A stretch of 63,879 bases of DNA, filler included, from Folioceros fuciformis (Eukaryota), in the NCBI GenBank assembly GCA_049999805.1. It is 7 parts of 7 records of this genome, joined end to end, with 100 filler letters (N's around TTAATTAATTAA, not from the genome) between each part and the next. Parts side by side here need not be neighbours in the genome. Positions count along the whole stretch, not along the records: positions 19,129 to 47,204 come from JBNGIO010003316.1; 6 more parts are not named here. One strand, written 5' to 3'. Shown here in pieces: positions 34,200 to 46,552 of the stretch. A program made the translations under genes and the position numbers. The stretch's first letter is position 1, and each line of letters opens with the position of its first letter. The notes beneath the pieces were generated by a model that saw only the letters and a list, made by a program, of their open reading frames with translations, was not told the origin of the DNA and searched no databases.

Positions 34200-35850
34200 G
34201 TGGCCACCTAGGAACTAGGTGGCAGGATCTCGACACTTAATTTCGAGATCTGGACTAGTTGAATAGTAGCAATTGGAGGAGTGTGGGCGAGATTGGCAGT
34301 GTGCACCACAGGTTGGTGTGAAGATATGAAGACTGGGGCCGCGAGGTGTCGTCCTTCGGGCCCTTTCTGCCTTGGAGGTACTTATGCAATGAAAGTGCGG
34401 GTGACGGGCTATAATCCGGGCAACTGTTGCACAGCGGGAGGAGAAGCAAGCAACGTCGTGGGATCGATTCCTTCCCATTCTCGAGACGGTAGATCCCACA
34501 ATAGTCCTTTTCGTGCTCCCACAGTGGACTCTCATGGGTTTGCACTGCAATTGCCGTGGGGGCGCTCTTCCTATTGGTACTCACGTGAGAGGGTTGGGAG
34601 GGGGATAGTTTATGTCCATGTGAGCACACGCCGCGAGGATCAGAATGCCGACCTTACCTCAGCATTATTGCAATCGGAGGGAGGTCGGCTAATCAGCAAT
34701 TTCTCAGGCCCATAGCTCAAGTTTTTGGCCGTCAGGGCTTTCTCTGCTACGCCCAAGGTCAGTTTGTTCCCAGCGACGCTTTATTTCCTCTCTAACCTCA
34801 GGGTTTCACTGAGAATTGTACACTGTAAGCTGGTGGCCTCGCTGGGAGTGGAAAGTGTGCAACAGGAATATGGACTGGCTCGCCAGAAGAGTGTAGCTGG
34901 AGAAACAGATGTTGGATTTCTGACTACACGACAAGTTGGAGTGTGGAGCAACCCAGACTTGTGCCAGGCCATGGCGCCGTTTTTGAGGTTACAGGCTGTC
35001 AGGGTGTACCTTTCCGGGTCACGAATGAAACTTCTGGTTCCAAGGGCGAGTACTGGGGCTCAAGGCCGCGAAGAGAGGTTGTTAACTGCCTGGACATTGC
35101 ATCGCGAGAGCCCTTTGCTCACAGGATCATTTCTTAGCGAGGTCGTGAGGTGCCCACAGTCACAGCGGTGGCTCTCCGTTGGGAACGAAATACAGCGACT
35201 CCCCACACGATCTGGCGGCTGCTCCTCGGGTGCATTGCGAATGACGCAATTGTGGACGTATAGGGACGGACTCTAGGAGTCTAGTAACAATCATAGCAGT
35301 ATGCATATGGGTGAAGGCTGTATATTGGAGAACAAGCTGCCTTCCTCAAGAGAGTTATGCCCACGGCGATGGTGAACAGCAAGACTGCCAACACGCAGCC
35401 GCATTGCAATATGCACGTACACACAGCAAGAGCTTCCATCCCAAACTCCATAAGCTCCAACATGAGAACCCTAGTTATTTGCAAAGGCAAACATGTAGGA
35501 ACCAAGAAACTCGAGAGACTGGTTCTCAAATGGTTCGTTGGAGACTATGAAGTCTGTAGAGGAGCTCGAGATATGCACTTCTTGTACAAGAGACATTTCT
35601 GCTTTTCATGGCACGGTCGAGCACCAGCTGGCATCTGGGAATGATAAACGAGTCGAAACTGCAGTCAACGCCGAGGATGCGATGCGTAGAACCTGGACGA
35701 GTGGGGTGACCGGGATCTCCCCCACTCTTGACAGACCTCATGACGAAGAGACGCAGGCAAAGAACTTTGGTAACATGCATCTCAAATCCTTACGGACAGC
35801 TTTACCCCGTTGCTACTCTCTCCCATTGTTTAAACCTCTTTCGTCTTGGA
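34200..35850 (+). pseudogene. Decayed inverted partial copy 2 of the Topors-like gene
   Basis: 35540-35700 aligns with the KFVEEIE...FDDVVKQRQASGNE...AVNA part of the parent. CAGCGGTGGCTC at ~35163 resembles the RWL segment. The 5' similarity near 34580-34625 is weaker. Confidence 0.7.
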
Positions 35851-37465
35851 ATCGTGCAGGCTGGACGCGTCACCGGGAGTGACACAGACTTGGGTTGTAG
35901 AGAGGCTGTGTGACGCAGATACTTGTTTCTCTGAGAGGGATCCGGCACCCCACAAGAGGATGCACTCCTTCCCGATTTGGTTTGGAAACCAGACTCGCCA
36001 TTCCCTTCGGATTCCAGAGACAGCTCTTACCGCTCTGCCAGATTGACAGCCCTTTTTCACGTTGCGTCGTTCCTCACTTCCTCCTCGTTCTAATTGAAGC
36101 CTAAACTTCTCCTTGAGAAATGATGGCCTTACTTCGGGACCCGAACCCTAAGTTGAGCTCTCGTCAGATGAACCAGCCTTCCAGGCTCCGTGGCTGCGTC
36201 ACGCAACTTGGGCTCACTGGCACATGGGTCATTCCGAAGAAGAGACCCAGCAAACCCGGCATGACCGTCGTGGGCCCGTCCGTCCAATGCTCGATCTTCG
36301 CTCCCAGGCTGCTTCTCTGTTCGAGTATGTATTTCTTAGTCTGCATGGTGGGTCACCACGTGCGTTGGCCTAGGACACAGGCTTTCATTTAGCATCACCT
36401 GGCACAACGAGGTGAGGTCACACTTCGGCAATGAGCTCTGTGCTGTCTCCTCCCCACAGCTGGAAGCTACAATGGCCACGATCCGTGCTGCCGCTGTCCG
36501 GGCGCCTGCAGCAAAGGATCGAGCAATCCGCTATACGCGAACAGAACCCCAACCATGCAATGCTCCTCCCTGGATACCACTCTAGAACGACAGAATCGCA
36601 AATTCGAGCCTCTTGCGAAACGCAGGAGCAACAACTCGCATGATTGCACACCAAACACAGATCAGAATCATCAGCGAGACTGGGCAACCCTTAAGGAGAG
36701 GAAAAACCTGGAATGCTGATTCCTAGTTTTCGGCTGTCAGCCATGTGACTGTTGCACAAACTGCGGCAAAAGTCGTGATTGAAATGTACCTGAACTGAAT
36801 GCTAGTCCTATCTTTTTGGCATTGTTCGTCCTTGTTATGGCGGGGTTTGCACTGCTCTCCTGTGGCTGTGGGGCCATTTGCGTCTGCGTTTCTCCCGTCC
36901 TGGCATAATTATTGCGATTCTGACATCGCCGAGTTAGAGAAAGTAAAGTAAGAGCATTCCAACTGTACATGCATCTGTACCTCCGAGTTTTTCGATGGGC
37001 GTGTGGTTCTCACATCGCCAGGTGACTGCTGGAATGTGTTTTGTGTTCTTGTTTAACGGGAGGCGACTCAGGCGAGGGCTGTCTGAAAAGCTGGTCCCGG
37101 ATGTCGAGTCGAACGTGTCTCGCGCGCATGGCACGCATTCCATTTCTCTTGCGGGCCAACCAGCCTATAAATGTATTACATATTTACCAACAAGACTATT
37201 GCAATGTCCGGCGCATTTCGCTCTCTGGCCAGTTCTCCATCCACGAGGCTTCGGCACCGATCTTGAAGTGGCTCGGCAGTCACTCGCTTTTGCGATGTGA
37301 GGTCGGGCCCAACGCTCCCTGGCTGGCGCTAATTAATCGCAATCCATCGACATGCCAGGCAACTGCATATATAAACAGGCCTGAGCGCTTCCAATTCTGC
37401 ACTTGTCTTCTTGGCTCCACGGCAGAGCTTGCCTTGTCCTAGTTCTTCAAGATTGAGAGCGGCTT

Positions 37466-38192
37466 ATGGAGATGGCAGGAGCAGCAGCTGCCTCCAAGCT
37501 CACGGCCTTCCGCGGTTTGATGGTGCTGCTCTTGGCGGCTCTGCTGCTGTTTTCCTGCTTCGCACAGACTGCCGTGGCAGCTGTCGACGTCCCAGGGAGC
37601 GTTAGAATCTTCGGACCGGGCCGTAAGCTCGGTGAGTCTCCTACGTCTTCCAGTGCTGTGCCTGTTTCACGTCCCTTTTCCGATCGAGGAGCAGGAACAT
37701 CTGGCGTCTCGTGTGCCTAACCTCCATTTGCATGCCCTCCACGTCTGTGCAGCTGGAGTAGCCGACCTCGTCAATGGTGCGGTCACCAGCGTTGTGAACG
37801 GTGCGTACAGTACCCTGTTTACCGTCCCGTAGGCAGGTGGTTTAGAATTGAGACAGTGAGGAGGGAGTGCGCTTTGTGCTGGTGACGGCGGTGGTGTCGG
37901 TTCCGTTGCCGGTGTTGTTGGTGCAGCTGTTGCTGTTGTGTGGACAATGGCTGACCGGTTGCTACCCTGCGTTTCGATCTTGATCTTGCTGCACTCGTGT
38001 TGATCGGCGTGTATTCGGATGGATGCAGAGGTTGGCGATCTCACAGGCGTAACATTTCCGCCCATTCCCGAGATACCAACCCCGCCTCTTCCCGAGATAC
38101 CGTTCCCGCCTCTTCCCGAGATACCAGCCCCGCCTCTACCCGGACTAGCAGAGCCGCCTCTGCCCGGGCTAGCAGCTCCACCCTTGCCCTGA
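37466..38192 (+). CDS. Secreted proline-rich protein (PELPK-like, PPLPEIP repeats), 3 exons
   Basis: TATA at ~37368; signal peptide; DVPGSVRIFGPGRKL|AGVADLVNGAVTSVVN|EVGDLTGVTFPPIPEIPTPPLPEIPFPPLPEIPAPPLPGLAEPPLPGLAAPPLP*. Canonical GT-AG phase-1 introns; 21-bp tandem repeats at ~38060-38190. Confidence 0.82.
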
Positions 38193-38398
38193 AGACAGGA
38201 TTGAAGAGCTATTTTACGGTGATGTATAAGATTCTATTAGCGTGGGAGGAAAGTGCGAAAGCGCATGGAATAAGTTGCACGAAAACTTGAGAATGGTCGT
38301 GCTTAAAATTGAATATGTACTTCGATACATCAATTACTATGATATTTATCGTTTTTCAATAAAAATAAATTTTGTAAATGTTGAAAATAGGACTAAAG

Positions 38399-40049
38399 AG
38401 TAATAAAGCGGGGTTGAGTGTCAAGCAAGAAAGAGCCACGCAATACCTTTTGAAAGCCTTCTGTTTCAACTTATGATAAAATTATCTTATTGGAGGAATG
38501 TATTTAAATACATTGAAACCAGTCAAGGATAAGTTATTACTTAGCACGATAAGATTGAACAGGCTAAGCCCAGAGATTTGTTACAACAGTGTCGTGGAAT
38601 GAGTAATGAATTTACAGTTATCATGATAGCGGTGGATAGATTCACCAGACAAGTATACTTTATCCTCACTAGGAAGCGAGTGAGTGAGTGACCATTTATG
38701 ATGGTATGTGTACAACTATCATGGTTGCCCTCGCTAATTGTGAGCAATAGAGATCCAAGATGAGCGATAGAGAGTTTTGGCAGCACTTGATGAGAAATTT
38801 GAATGTACAACTATGCATCAGTACTGCATACCATCCAGATACTGATGGATTAACTGTGCGAGTCAACCAAATCCAAAAAGAATATTTGAGGCACTATGTG
38901 CAGATTGATTAGAGAGATTGGGCTGATCATCTTGATATTACGGAGTTTTGTTACAATAACATAGTATATATAGTACATATGACAAAGTACATAGCTTCTT
39001 GGAATGTAGCCCCTTTGAGATGAGTAAAAATTCATATGTTGTCTTGAAGCGCCTTGGAGAAGTGGCTTACAAGTTAGACTTGCCTGATTGGATTTTTGCA
39101 CACAATGTGTTTCATATATCTAAGTTGAAACCATTTGTGCAAGGCAGAGAGAAAGAGGACATGGACAAGAAGAAGTACAGTATCCTAGTGTAGCATGATC
39201 AAGGATTGGAGGAGATTGAGGAGTTCCTCGTAGAAAGTAGCGTGGCTACGAAACATGGAACTCTACCACAATACATGGTAAAGTTGCGTGGGATCTCAAC
39301 ATCAATTTGGGTAACATTAGAGGATATCCAGAGAGGCTCCTAGATGATTGCTCGCTATACTGGTTATCACAGAGGGCAGTGATTCTTGCCTAGTGGGGGA
39401 AGAAGTAACAAAGTTGGGTTGAGTACCAAGCAAGAAACCTCAATGTAGAAGCATGTTTAGTAGAGCAGGTTATTAAGAGCATGAGAAGCATGTAGCCCTA
39501 GGAAAGTGTGGTAGTGAATAATAACTTAAAGCTTAAGTAAATAGTTGCTAAGTTAGTGACTAGAGCTTGTGTATAAAAGGGGACCTAGCCAAGGGCTAAG
39601 GACAGTACACTTGAGTTGAGTTAAGTTTTTCCTCAAAGCCTTGAGAACATTGGGTACTTGGGCTATGACTTGAGAGCATGTGTTGCTTGGGCTACACCTT
39701 GAAAGCATGTGTTGCTTGGGCTACGCCTTGAGAGCATGTATTGCTTGGGCTATAAGCACATGGGACATGAGCTGCGAAGGAGCTGTTGGAGGAGGTCAAG
39801 AGAAGGGAGAACTAAGCTCCTAGCTTAGGCAAAGATGGGAGGTCCTCTCTAGCCCTCCAGCTCTGTATGTTCTTGTTGACTCGTGGTTTGAAATAAAGAG
39901 CAGCAACAAGGGTGCTAGCTGCAAATCCTCCTAGAAGAGGAGGGCGGGCTACTTGGAGGCCTAGTGCTGTATCTGGTGTTTAATTACTGACTCTTGCTTT
40001 TGCTTCTAACTGTGTGGTTCTGCCCCACCCCGTTAAAGGGGGTGTTACT
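38399..40049 (+). mobile_element. Internally deleted Ty3/gypsy chromovirus-like remnant
   Basis: Integrase remnants (VDRFT, TAYHPDTDG, VAYKLDLP...HNVFHISKLKPF) and a chromodomain-like tail. PPT AGTGGGGGA at ~39392. 3' LTR ~39406-40049 (GTAACA...TGTTAC); its first ~30 bp recur at ~38400. Confidence 0.8.
39640..39755 (+). repeat. 29-bp tandem repeat x4 inside LTR
   Basis: Consensus CTTGAGAGCATGTGTTGCTTGGGCTACAC; units start at 39640, 39669, 39698 and 39727. Confidence 0.9.
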
Positions 40050-41283
40050 AAACGGATGTTCTTAAGGGTGCTTAATGGATTTTGGATTTAAGTAAATGAA
40101 CCAATCTTTTAGAGTGAGAAAATGATTGGAGAGCATTTTTAAAAAAAGAGCATTGTAATACGTCATTGTTTTTGTGTGGTGGGTAGCACACGATTTTGTT
40201 TTAAATCAGATTCAAGTGAATGTATTGTAATTGCTATTGTTCACAAAAGTTCCTTAATATAGCTTTGTATTCAATAAAGGTTATCAGAATTTGTTGAAAG
40301 TAAAAATTGTATAATCCAACACAATTAAGTTGAATTGGACTATAGATCCCATCTCACATTGTCCCATTAGAGCAGCTCATTGCCACTGATGGGAAGTGTG
40401 GGTCTCTTCTATACAAGGTGCTCCAATTACTCTATGCTATGGACTTTCACTTAGAATCAACCTCTTTTTCACAAAGGGCGATCATATTTGTGTTGCTGAT
40501 ATGGATGTCATATATCATACTAGAGGTTTTGTTTGCAAGTACACTATCAAGCCCTCGAGTAGGATGCCATCTACCTATTAGGACCATGTAGGATCGTGGT
40601 TGACCTATGAAGGATATGATACCATCTACCTATTACCTTTGAAACCATTGTTGGACCAGCAAAGACACCATTGAAGTAGAAAAAGGAGCCGAGTCTAAGC
40701 CAGCTTGTTTGCAAGGTTTACCATAAGGTGCTCCAAAGAAAGATGGTATGAGAAATGAGTTTGAATGTTGTCATGATATGCCTTAGGAGGTCACAAAAAT
40801 GTGAGGTACTAGAAAATGCACCTAAAGAGGGTAAGGAGATCATCTAACTACATTCATAACCACTACCACAACATTAGGCATGGGCCAATGGGAGCAACTA
40901 AACTTGAAGCATCAAGAAAAGCCAAGCTATTCGATGAAGCAAGCCTTACTTAAGTCTAGCGTCCCATGTAGTTCAATTGAAGACATAGTGTTTGTGCCCA
41001 AAGCAACACTTCATCACCTTAACACAATTGCACAATTGAGCTGAAACAAGACATTGGGTGTCCTTGACTGACTCTGCGCGAATGCACTATTGTCACCTTA
41101 TGCAACCTTGAAGCGTTAAGGGAAAGGCCACAATGCTTGACAACTCATGAAACGTGCTATATAGAGGATGACAACAAATGAAAAAATAAAAAAGATACTT
41201 TAACATAATACGATAGTTTTAATATATAATAATACTAACATCCAAGAAAGGTATTTTCAAACCTTAAAAAAAAAAACCTCTCA

Positions 41284-41748
41284 CTATGGTGCAGGACACA
41301 TATTTGTATCGATACGATCAAAACTATACTCAAAACGACAATCTACTAGATAAATTTCAGCATCACCAGCATTAGGACATAATTTAAATAATTCATCCCG
41401 ACTTGCATGGAGACACAATAGACATTGCTCTTCACTGAACATGCTAGCACCTAAAGCATAACAAGTAACAGATCCCCAAAGTTGGTAATGTTGAGGGTCA
41501 GTCGAGACCAAGTTTGCATAGAATGGGAAATTAACATCTTTCATTTGCTTTGACCCCAATTCAACTAGCTTTTCTGTTGCAGCTTGCATAAAAATCTTGG
41601 CTAGTATGTGGCTCATATGTGATCTTCCACAACGATACTTAACTACTTCAACATTGGGAGGTACTGCTTCTATTTTGCATGCATTCATAAAAACAGCAAA
41701 GATCATCAAGATGACGAAAACAAATCTCTTCTTCATTTTGGTCTCCAT
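41284..41748 (-). CDS. Secreted single-domain DUF26/Gnk2-like cysteine-rich protein 3
   Basis: Strong signal peptide MKKRFVFVILMIFAVFMNACKIEA; KYRC...VTC-X12-C-X2-C...LCPNAGDAEIYLVDCRFEY resembles the ginkbilobin-2 C-terminus (GARVQLVDCFIQY, as recalled). Confidence 0.8.
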   Translation of the reverse strand: METKMKKRFVFVILMIFAVFMNACKIEAVPPNVEVVKYRCGRSHMSHILAKIFMQAATEKLVELGSKQMKDVNFPFYANLVSTDPQHYQLWGSVTCYALGASMFSEEQCLLCLHASRDELFKLCPNAGDAEIYLVDCRFEYSFDRIDTNMCPAP

Positions 41749-44342
41749 TGAAATACTCCTTTGTTCATAGCTATGTGGTTCTATTATCAAATGTACACAA
41801 GCTACACAATTTTTGTGCGTTTTTGCATGTACATATTTCGTGGACAATCTTCAAAGAAAGTATATTTGGCAAGGTGTAAGAGAATCTTTGAATGCAACTT
41901 ACCAAGGTAGCTGAAGTCTTTGGGCATAAGCTCAAAAATCAGGGTCTGTACATGTTTTTGAGGAACACAAACCTTGAGAACTTTTTGGAATGTGTTTGCA
42001 TATATGTTATTACTTGTATGGATGAATATATTTTTTTATACATGTTTTATGCAATTTTTTTATATGTACAAAAAACTATGTGCATACTTGGTCAATGTTT
42101 TGAGAAGATACAAGATCCTTTGTAGAGATCATTAATGTGGAGCAAATATTTTGTTTGCCTAAAAGTTAAGAGGAAAATCATTGGTATAAAAGGAATGGAT
42201 CTATCAAGCAATATAAGCAAAACCTAAGAAGACTATGATAGAATTTGAAGTCCATGAACTGTCTTGTAGACAAATGGAAGATTCATCCCATAGCATGTTC
42301 AAATTGCCATAATTTTGTGACAATGCTTCGTGGTAGGCTAATATGGGGTAATTAAGGTGCTTAATCAAGTTTTTGTTTCTTTAAAAGTGAAGTTAAATGC
42401 CATTTTAAAATACATATATTAAAAATTTTAAACTCAAATAGTACTACTTCAATGAAACCTTTGGTTGTTGTAAGAGCTTATGGAGATACTTTTAAATGAA
42501 GCTCTTTGGGTAGAGTTTAGAAATCGCACGCTTAGTGTGCAGGTTTGGAGATTACAATCAAATAAAACTCACTGAAAGATGGCGAATAAGACACAATTAG
42601 GGTTTTTTTGTAAGCTGGCTTCCCTAGGAATTATTCAAAGTATGAATTGAAGGGCAAGGATTTTATTAACTTTGGGATTAGTACTAAAATTAGTACTTAG
42701 ATGGGTGCCTAAAGGGAAACATGCCCTTTGGAGCAAGTAGTTAGGTATACCATGGTACCGAGTTACAGTTTTGATAACAAGCTATGAACAAGGAATAAAC
42801 ACAATTCCCCAATTGATCACATAAGAGAAAGCAACGTGGTGTAGGTTAGGCAACTCAGAAAGTTAATAAGTTTTCCATCTTAGTTTGACTTTCATTGTTG
42901 TTTGCAATGGTGTAAGATCCTCCTCGATATGTACTTGTGTTGTCCATAACATATACGTAGCCTTGTTAACGTGGACCTAACTATCTATAGGATAGTACAG
43001 TTCAAATTATATACGATGATCTATAGATCAGTTTCATCTAAGTATTATTATTATTATTCTATTTACTAGAAGTTTTAAAAAATAAAATAGTGTGAAAGTA
43101 GTTATTCCTAAGTGGGACAAGATTTACCTTTATGATGGATCATCAAAAACTGTTAAGTCAATAAAAAAAATCCACAAATCACGATATAACAAGACATACA
43201 TAAGTTCTTGTCAACAAAAGTACAATGACAAAGTGACAAACTAACTGTAGTTCTAATCTAAAATAAAGAAGTGTTTGATGACAAGGCTCCTAGGTGTGTG
43301 GGCATATGTGGGTTGAGTTTTTCTTATCTCGTTTTGTTCTAGAAAAGTGTTGAGTTCATGACTAGATATATATGAGTTTGGAAATGGGTACGGATGTTGA
43401 TCCTTAAAGTCTAACAGCCTGACGAGCACGAAGGAAGGGGGACAAGTCTGACCAGGTTAATTTTATGATAACAATAAAATTAAAATATGGAGAGAATATT
43501 CAGAAATCTTAAAACGAGGGTATCGCTCAGCGGGTTTCAAAGTTTGCGTCTTGGTAGGATGATAAAGGAGAGTTGTGAGAAGTTGAACAGGATTTCTTTT
43601 TCCACTTATGTTACCCATAATATATGGAGGGAGGAGAAAGTTGGGAGTGAAGATCTCGATGCCCAGCAGGAGCCAGATACCTGGTCTGCCAATGGCCTTG
43701 CGGCGACTGCAGAAGGACAAGAAGACAAGGTATGTGTAGAAGAGCTTTTGATGCCCCTGGTACCTGGTGGATGGAAAGTTGCAAAACCGTGAACATGTGA
43801 ATCGTGTGGCGTGAGTCATGTTGTACCGGTACGCTCTCGCAACCCGAAAACGCTGACACTTCGGTCAGCAAACTCCACCACTTTTGTGTGTGTTGAAATA
43901 ACCTGCCGATGGTTTCTGTTAGCTCTGTGATGGCATCACGGCTCTGGAATGTGGGGCTTGCTGCTTTCCTGCCTCTCAGAAGGCACAGGCTGTGATTATT
44001 ATTCTTGCTGCCGGTTTCATGTTCGTACGATGTGCGCGGTTTATCATGGCCTTGCTGACCTCAATTAGTCCAGAATCGGGGGAGCCGAAGGAGCGACGTA
44101 GGCGAATCACTTTCATGCTGGCTGGACATTCTGTGCTCATCGTGAGCGGTGGCCGGCACCCAAGTGGCTCCTGCGTCGATGCCATTGTCTGGGCCTGATT
44201 GATTTGCCACAGCTGCATTGCCAAGAATCGCTCCTCCCGGTTTCTCAGTTTTTACACAAGTCCAGCAGTTGGGAGGTGGAGGCTGCAGCTCTGGGTCTGT
44301 GGGGTCTGTGGGGCTGTGGCGTTTCCTGGGTTCCACGTATCC

Positions 44343-46552
44343 ATGGAAACCAGCAAGCCCGCCGCGGCTCCCCCGGCCTCGCTGAATTGCAATGCAGCAA
44401 CGGCGACCGTGACGCCCGATGACTGCAGGAAGGCGCCGGCCGGCGGGGAGGACCTGGAGGCCGGGAAGGCGCAGGCAGAGATCCCGAATGTCTTGCCGCC
44501 GTTGCCTGTCGTGGCTTATGTTAGTTACAGGGACATTGTCAAGCATTTCACCATCCTTGGATGGACCGCGTTCGGGGGACCAGCTGCTCACATTGCCATA
44601 TACGAGAAGGTGGGCTTTCTGATGTGGCCTTTCCCGTGCCTGTGTGCTTGTTGTGTTTCACATTCCTGGGTGACTTGTCGCAAGCCAATGTGTGTGTGTG
44701 TGTGCGTGTGTGTGTGTCTCAGATGCATGGATCCCTTGCTGGGCTTATGATTGACGCCTTGTTCCATTTGAATCCATCTCTGTCTCTCTCGCGTGCTTGC
44801 GATGACGTTGAAAGTTGGCGAGTTTGTGTAAAGGCAATTGAACGTTGCCGTGGTGTGGTTGCCGTGGGTGCAGCGTTTGGTGGACCAATTGCACTGGATG
44901 ACCACGGATGTGTTTGCAGAGCTCTTCGCCCTGGCACAGTGCTTGCCGGGGCCGACGTCCAGCCAGATCTCCTTCACAGTAGGGATCATCAAACGAGGAG
45001 TAAAAGGTGGGTCCAGTGTGTGAACACACCTTCTTCATGTGCTTGCTGCTGCGTTGGTGAACACAGCATTAGCTAACTCGTTTGCACGGGCTTCATGTCC
45101 GTGTGTTGCTGTAGGAGGACTGCTGTCGGGGTTCCTTTTTCAGTACCCGGGCTCCTTCATTATGACCCTCGTGGGTCTGTTTGCCGCCAAACGGATGGAG
45201 AGCCCCACTCCAGCATTCAACGGCCTTGTGGCAGGTTTGTTTCATGCGGAACCGGATCACGTCCCACATGACCTCCAAAGGATAGGCATACCTTTCCAGT
45301 GTGACATGGGCTGTTGTGTCTCACGTCCTGCCAGGTATCTCAGCCGTGGGTGTCGCCTTGGTGGCGTCCGCCGCTAAATCTCTTGGACGGAAGCTCTGTG
45401 CACGGCGTGTGCTGGCCTGCATCTGCACAGCAACCACAGTGATCGCGTACATTTGGCCCAAGCCGTACACTTTCCCCTTCCTCATCATCAGTGGTGGCAT
45501 CGTCAGCCTCCTGTGGTCTCTCTACACCAAGGAGACTCTCCCTTTCATCAAGGTGGATTCACCTCTGCATGTGTCATCGCTCTCTGTCAACCAGGCATCG
45601 ATCTTTGCAGTTCTTTCTGACGTCAGGCCGGATCCGAATATTCTCAGGTTGATCAAGACGAATCTGTCAGATCCCATGGCTTCAACATGCCTGTCGGGGC
45701 ATCCCTCATCGCCCTGTGGCTCGTAGTGCTGGTCACGTCGATCGTGCTGGTCCACGGGGTTGTGAGCCACCCCCCGCAGACCCTACTATGGTGGGAGATG
45801 TTCTTCAGGACAGGATCGGTCATATTCGGCGGAGGCCAGGTCGGCTACTGGGTGCTTCACACTCTCCTCCCTGCTCCGGATCCATATCCAGACCTCGGAG
45901 ACTAACAATCCTGTCGTGCCGATTGCTCAGGTGGTTTTGCCGGTCATGTACGCCAGCGTCGTGCAGAGAACCTGCGATGCCATGGGAAAATGCTCGGACG
46001 CGCCGGACTCCTGGATCACCAGCAAGCAATTCTACGCGGGTCTGGGAATTGTGCAGGTGAGGGACGAATTCGGATTGCTGCTCCCCTCCTGCATTGAATA
46101 GCAAATATAAACCCAGGTCTCTGCGTATGCAGGCTCTTCCGGGCCCTCTCTTCAACTTCTCCACCTACCTGGGCACGATCATGGCCCACAATGCAGGCTA
46201 CCCCTTCATCTTGGGCGCTTGCATGGCCTGGTTCGGCATGTTCTCCCCCGGCATCCTGCTCCTCTTCGGCGTGCTGCCTTTCTGGGGCAGATTCCGGAGG
46301 TGGGATCTTTACAGGAGGGCGCTGCCTGGCTTCAACGCCGCCGGAGTGGGCTTGATCGTCACCAGCGTCTTCACTCTCACTTTGGGAGTGCTGGAGCAGT
46401 CGCCACTGCCCAAGGCAAGCTTGTGCCTGGGCATCCTTGGCTTCGCTGCTGTGGACCAGTTGAACTGGTTTCAGCCTCTGGTGGTGCTCAGTGGGGGTGT
46501 CCTGGGCGTCTTCATCTGGCTCACCTACTGCGCATTACATACATCTTGCTGA
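44343..46552 (+). CDS. CHR: Long-chain chromate ion transporter (CHR family), ~7 exons
   Basis: LGWTAFGGPAAHIA; ELFALAQCLPGPTSSQ; FFRTGSVIFGGGQVVLP; QFYAGLGIVQALPGPLFNFS; GFNAAGVGLI. Both halves of the CHR duplicated domain are present, with GT-AG introns. Confidence 0.93.

Noticed and set aside
44688-44717. VCVCVC Cys-rich peptide in ORF 44199-44750
   Set aside because: Translation of a (TG)n microsatellite in CHR intron 1.
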